NCBI RefSeq assembly: GCF_003612075.1
Contig: NZ_RAWF01000059.1
Span: forward strand, 1 to 40,012
DNA from: Corallococcus sp. CA041A
Lineage (GTDB): Bacteria; Myxococcota; Myxococcia; Myxococcales; Myxococcaceae
DNA length: 40,012 nucleotides
Direction: 5' to 3'
In this document: positions 35,809 through 40,012 of the stretch, piece by piece
How positions within the stretch are numbered: the first letter of the stretch is position 1
Layout: every line of letters begins with the position of its first letter
Notes under the pieces: model-generated
The model's database searches: none
The model's input: only the letters and a program-made list of their open reading frames with translations
What the model was told of the DNA's origin: nothing
Program-made: the position numbers and the translations under genes

Positions 35809-36699
35809 TTACTGCGTGATGCAGGTGACCGTTTCGAGCATGGTCACATTGGAATTGCCGGTGGTGCCCCAGTTGCCCACGCCGTTCGTGCCCACGATGA
35901 ACGAGTAGGCGGAGCCGCGGATGGCGATGGTGAAGTTGCTCGCGTTGACATGGCCCTGGTCCTGGCAGAAGCGGCGGGCGGTAGCCGCCGGGGTGCTGTA
36001 GTTGCCGGACGGGAAGTTGGGCTGGACGGTGCCGATCTGGTAGCCGTTGACCGTTGGCGTCGTGTACGTGAGCACCGTCGCGTCGAAGCAGGTGATCGTC
36101 TCCAGCATGGTCACGTTGGAATTGCCGGTGGTGCCCCAGTTGCCCACGCCGTTCGTGCCCACGACGAATGAGTAGGCGGAGCCACGGATGGCGGTGGTGA
36201 AGCTGCTCGCGCCGGTGTGGCCCTGGTCCTGGCAGAAGCGGCGGGCGGTATCGGCGGCGCTGCTGAAGTTCCCGGTGGGCTGGTTGGGGAGGTACGTGCC
36301 AATCTGATAGCCATTGACCGCGGGAGTCGTGTAGGTGACGCCCGAGTTGGAGGTGAAGCAGGTGACGGTCTCCAGCATGGTCACGTTGGAATTGCCGGTG
36401 GTGCCCCAGTTGCCCACGCCATTCGTACCCACGATGAACGAGTAGGCGGAGCCACGGATGGCGGTGGTGAAGCTTTGCGCGCCGCTGTGGCCCTGGTCCT
36501 GACAGAAGCGGCGGGCGGTGTCGGCGGCGCTGCTGAAGTTCCCGGTGGGCTGGTTGGGGAGGTACGTGCCAATCTGATAGCCATTGACCGTGGGCGTCAC
36601 ATAGGTCTGGTAGGTGTCAGCGCTGGCCGACGACGCGAAGCCCACGACGAAAAGCAGGGACACGAAGAGGGAGGGAAGATCGCTGCTGCGACGAAACAT
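35809..36699 (-). CDS. secreted protein made of three tandem roughly 90-aa repeats (two Cys each), function unknown
   Basis: Signal peptide MFRRSSDLPSLFVSLLFVVGFASSASA. The repeat TY.TP.VNGYQIGT..PN.P.GN.S..A.TARRFCQDQGH..A..FT.AIRGSAYSF.VGTNGVGNWGTTGNSNVTMLET.TC occurs three times and is highly conserved even at the DNA level (about 270-bp tandem units). A perfect 10-bp-stem hairpin (35772-35799) follows the stop. Confidence 0.7.
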   Translation of the reverse strand: MFRRSSDLPSLFVSLLFVVGFASSASADTYQTYVTPTVNGYQIGTYLPNQPTGNFSSAADTARRFCQDQGHSGAQSFTTAIRGSAYSFIVGTNGVGNWGTTGNSNVTMLETVTCFTSNSGVTYTTPAVNGYQIGTYLPNQPTGNFSSAADTARRFCQDQGHTGASSFTTAIRGSAYSFVVGTNGVGNWGTTGNSNVTMLETITCFDATVLTYTTPTVNGYQIGTVQPNFPSGNYSTPAATARRFCQDQGHVNASNFTIAIRGSAYSFIVGTNGVGNWGTTGNSNVTMLETVTCITQ

Positions 36700-36860
36700 G
36701 TTTATCCTCGGCTAGAGGGTGATGCGGGGGGATCAGGACCGTAGCGGCTCGCGGGGTTGAAATCACTGCTTCACGGATTGGAGACATTTCAAGAATGCTG
36801 TGGGTGCGAGCCGAGACGTAGGCGCGGTGCGCGACCCGCGCATGGTCTACGCTGCGCCCC

Positions 36861-39545
36861 ATGCGACTGCTCCCACTCCTCGCCCTGGTGGTGTTGACCG
36901 TCCGCTGCGCCCACGCGCCGGAGGCCGCGCCGACTGCATCCGCGCCGCCCTCCGTTTCGTGGCCGGAGGCCCTGCCCCCCGCGCTGCGGCTGCCGGACAC
37001 CGTTCGGCCCGTGCACTACGCGCTGGATCTGAAGCTCGTGCCCTCGGAGGACAGGTACCCGGGCAGCGTCACCATCGACGTGGAGGTCCGCGAGCCCGTG
37101 CGCCAGGTGTGGCTGCATGCGCAGGACGTGGAAGTGACGCGTGCTCGTGTCACCGTGGCGGGCCGCACGTTCGATGCGAAGCCTGTCACCGCGCCCGAAG
37201 GACGTCTGGGATTGCTGCTGCCGGAGGAGCTGCCGGTGGGCAAGGCCCAGCTCCTGCTCGACTTCACCGGCAAGGTGGACCGTGAGCGCAGCCAGGGCAT
37301 CTACGGGGTGGAGGAGGGCGGTGAGCCCTACCTCTACACGTTCTTCGAACCCATCGACGCGCGCCGCGCCTTCCCGTGCTTCGACGAGCCGACCTTCAAG
37401 GTGCCGTGGCGCCTGCGCTTCACCGTGAAGGCCGGACACGTGGCGCTGGCCAACCATCCCGTCGTGTCGCGCGAGCCTCTGGCGGACGGACTGGAGCGCG
37501 TCACCTTCGCGGAGAGCAAGCCGATGCCCAGCTACCTCGTGGCCTTCATGGTGGGGCCGTTCGACATCGTCGAGGCCGGCACCGTGGGACGCACGAACGT
37601 GCCGCTGCGCTTCATCGTCCCCAAGGGCCGGGGCGCGGAGACGCGCTACGCCGCGAGCATCACGCCTCGCATCGTGAAGGGCCTGGAGGACTTCTTCGAC
37701 CAGCCGTATCCGTACGAGAAGCTCGATGTGGCGGTCGTGCCCCGGTACTGGGGCACCATGGAGCACCCGGGCATCGTCGCGCTCGGACAGCCGCTCACGC
37801 TCATTCCGCCCGGCGAGGAGACGCTGGCCCGCCGCAAGTCGTACGCGGTCATCGCCAACCATGAGCTGGGGCACTACTGGTTCGGGGACGTCGTCACCTG
37901 CTCCTGGTGGAACGACATCTGGCTGAACGAGTCCTTCACCGCGTGGTTGGACCGGCAGACCGTGGACCGGCTGGAGCCGTCCTGGGACTACCAGCAGGAG
38001 CGCGCCATGTCCGCGACCCGCTCCGCCCTGGCGTCGGATGAGCTGGCGTCGGCGCTGCCCGTTCGCAAGCCGGTGGAGAGCAATGACGACATCGTGGGCT
38101 CGTTCGACAACGGGACGACGTATGACAAGGGCTCGTCCGTCATCGCCATGTACGAGGCCTGGATGGGACCGGAGCGCTTCCGCGACTTCCTCCGGGGCTA
38201 TGTCCGCAAGCACGAGTGGAAGGTCGCGACGATGGAGGACTTCCTCGCGGACCTGTCCCAGGCGGCGGGACCGGAGGTGGCGCAATCCTTAGGCGGGTTC
38301 ATCGAGCGGAGCGGGGCGCCTCGGATCACCGCGCAGCTGTCGTGCCCGGCGGGCGGCGCTCCGTCCGTGAAGCTGTCGCAGGAGCGGTACCTGCCCGTGG
38401 GCTCCAAGGCGGACTCGCGGCAGGAATGGCAGGTGCCCGTGTGTCTTCGCGTGGGCACGGGCACGCAGTCGTCGCGGGTGTGCTCGATGGTGCAGGGGCC
38501 CTCGACGGAGGTCGCGCTGCCCTCGAAGCAGTGCCCGGCGTGGGTGCTGCTCAACGCGGGCGGCACGGGTTACTACCGCGGCGGTTACACCCGCGAGCAG
38601 TTGACGAAGCTGCTCGCGACTCCGGCCGCCGCCTTCACTCCCGCGGAGCAGATGGCGCTCTGGGCGGATGTGGATGCGGCGGTGAGCCGGGGCGACCTGC
38701 CGCTGGGGGAGGCGCTGAAGGCGGTGCCTGCCTCCGCGAAGTCGACGAACCGGCTCGTGGTGCAGAGCGGCGCCTCGCTGCTGGAACTCGTGCGCCTGGA
38801 TCAGCTCACGCCCGAGGAGCGCCAGCGCTTCCGCGCGTGGGTGGCCTCGCTCTACTCGGCACGTGCGCGGGCCATGGGCTGGGTGCCGAAGCCGGGCGAG
38901 GACGACTCCGTGAAGGATTCACGCTCCCTGTTCCTCCGGCTGGCCGGTGGCCTGGGCGATGACCCTCGGCTGGTGAAGGAGGCGCTGCCCCTGGTGCGCG
39001 CATGGCTGGCGGACCGGAAGTCGGTGGACCCGGAGGCGTTCAGTGCCGCGCTGCCCCGAGCGGCGACGCACGGCGATGCGGCGCTGTTCGACGCGCTGCT
39101 GGAAGCGGCGAGGAAGGAACAGGACCGCACCGAGCGTTCCCGGCTGCTGATGTCGCTGGGCTACTTCCGGAACCCGGAGCTGTTGTGGCGGGCGCTGGGG
39201 CTCGTGGTGTCGCCGGACTTCGATGTGCGGGACTCGCAGAGCATCCTCCGGATGGCGTTGATGTTGCCGGAGTCGCAGTCGCTGGCGTGGAACTTCTATC
39301 AGACGCACTTCGATGCGCTGACCCAGCGGCTGCGTTCGGATGAGCTGGGTCGGCTGATTGGCCAGACGGGGAGCCTCTGCGATGACATCCACCTGGCACA
39401 GGTGGAGACGTTCCTGACGCCCCGCGTGGACAAGATTGAAGGCGGACCGCGCGCGCTCACCCGGGCCCTGGAGTCCATCCGGCTGTGCATCGAGTCCCAG
39501 AAGCTCCAGTCCCCGAGCGTCAAGGCGTTCCTCCGCGCCCGGTGA
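36861..39545 (+). CDS. pepN: secreted M1-family aminopeptidase (aminopeptidase N-like)
   Basis: Signal peptide MRLLPLLALVVLTVRCAHA. The M1 zinc motif HELGHYWFG...WLNESF is present. The exopeptidase motif appears as the variant GTMEH rather than GAMEN. An ERAP1-like C-terminal helical domain follows. Confidence 0.88.
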   Translation: MRLLPLLALVVLTVRCAHAPEAAPTASAPPSVSWPEALPPALRLPDTVRPVHYALDLKLVPSEDRYPGSVTIDVEVREPVRQVWLHAQDVEVTRARVTVAGRTFDAKPVTAPEGRLGLLLPEELPVGKAQLLLDFTGKVDRERSQGIYGVEEGGEPYLYTFFEPIDARRAFPCFDEPTFKVPWRLRFTVKAGHVALANHPVVSREPLADGLERVTFAESKPMPSYLVAFMVGPFDIVEAGTVGRTNVPLRFIVPKGRGAETRYAASITPRIVKGLEDFFDQPYPYEKLDVAVVPRYWGTMEHPGIVALGQPLTLIPPGEETLARRKSYAVIANHELGHYWFGDVVTCSWWNDIWLNESFTAWLDRQTVDRLEPSWDYQQERAMSATRSALASDELASALPVRKPVESNDDIVGSFDNGTTYDKGSSVIAMYEAWMGPERFRDFLRGYVRKHEWKVATMEDFLADLSQAAGPEVAQSLGGFIERSGAPRITAQLSCPAGGAPSVKLSQERYLPVGSKADSRQEWQVPVCLRVGTGTQSSRVCSMVQGPSTEVALPSKQCPAWVLLNAGGTGYYRGGYTREQLTKLLATPAAAFTPAEQMALWADVDAAVSRGDLPLGEALKAVPASAKSTNRLVVQSGASLLELVRLDQLTPEERQRFRAWVASLYSARARAMGWVPKPGEDDSVKDSRSLFLRLAGGLGDDPRLVKEALPLVRAWLADRKSVDPEAFSAALPRAATHGDAALFDALLEAARKEQDRTERSRLLMSLGYFRNPELLWRALGLVVSPDFDVRDSQSILRMALMLPESQSLAWNFYQTHFDALTQRLRSDELGRLIGQTGSLCDDIHLAQVETFLTPRVDKIEGGPRALTRALESIRLCIESQKLQSPSVKAFLRAR

Positions 39546-39563
39546 GCCCCACGGCCTGAAGCC

Positions 39564-39962
39564 TCACGGACCGTAGGGGCACATCTTCAGCATCTGCGCG
39601 ATGGGCGGGCGGCAGAGCTCCAGGAGCTGTGTCTCGTCCAGGAACGAGGAGGTCCGCGCCTTGAAGAAGCAGGCCGCGGGATCATCCGAGGGCTGGGCGT
39701 ACTGGCAGAGCTGGAGCGCCTGCGGGTCGGCGAGGAAGCCTTTCTCCTGCACCCGGAGGAAGCACTGCGCCGGGGTGTCGGAACGGGCACCCTGGCAGAG
39801 CTGCGCCGCGATGCTCTCGCTCACCGAGCTGCCCTGGCGCGCCGCTTCGAAGCAGGAGTATTGCGACGCACCCTCGGGTGGGCCTTCCATCTGCCCCACC
39901 GCCGGAAGCCCGAGCAGCGCGGCAGCCAGCCCCCAGGCACCTCTCCAATGGCCTCGCTTCAT
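39564..39962 (-). CDS. small secreted Cys-rich protein with three short LC...P..CF repeats
   Basis: GGGGGTGA RBS. Signal peptide MKRGHWRGAWGLAAALLGLPAVG. Repeats AQLCQGARSDTPAQCFLRV, LQLCQYAQPSDDPAACFFKAR and LLELCRPP...MCPYGP. Confidence 0.5.
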   Translation of the reverse strand: MKRGHWRGAWGLAAALLGLPAVGQMEGPPEGASQYSCFEAARQGSSVSESIAAQLCQGARSDTPAQCFLRVQEKGFLADPQALQLCQYAQPSDDPAACFFKARTSSFLDETQLLELCRPPIAQMLKMCPYGP

Positions 39963-40012
39963 CGTTCACCCCCCAAAGAAGGTGGGGGAGTCATGGCCCG
40001 CATGGGAGGGAC

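Overview
This is a high-GC (about 70 %) chromosomal segment from a myxobacterium. The gene order romR, double-CheW, response-regulator/GGDEF, encC-like encapsulin cargo, hybrid histidine kinase, groEL (no groES, CIRCE operator upstream), valS and nadC matches, from memory, the Myxococcus xanthus romR/encC/groEL2 neighbourhood.

Two accessory elements stand out against this housekeeping background:

- **Island at tRNA-Sec (2786-6070).** A 3.3 kb insertion sits next to a tRNA-Sec (selC-like, anticodon UCA) gene. It is bounded by a 66-nt direct repeat of the tRNA 3' end. It carries a lipoprotein polymorphic toxin with a C-terminal WHH/HNH nuclease domain (SitA-like, outer-membrane-exchange-type candidate), two immunity-like genes, and a low-GC small ORF. 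No integrase is present. An IS3-family transposase tail lies at the window start.
- **Bacterial major vault protein (24359-26638).** A full-length MVP homologue (759 aa) aligns from the N-terminus to the cap-ring region with eukaryotic MVP as recalled from memory. It is flanked by a 75-aa Cys-rich secreted peptide gene and by a Fur-box-preceded operon encoding a TDAG-repeat (lipo)protein and an HExxH metalloprotease with a MYXO-CTERM sorting tail.

Other notable features:

- ValRS carries a roughly 250-aa extension ending in a histone-H1-like AKKA-repeat tail.
- The encapsulin cargo gene has no shell gene in the window.
- A secreted protein has three tandem 90-aa repeats.
- A LysM/C39-peptidase protein lacks a signal peptide.
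- The phenylalanine-hydroxylase homologue is unusually long.
- Four 23-bp tandem repeats lie in an intergenic region.

Many long ORFs on the opposite strand of real genes are high-GC artefacts and were rejected. No CRISPR array or rRNA was seen.
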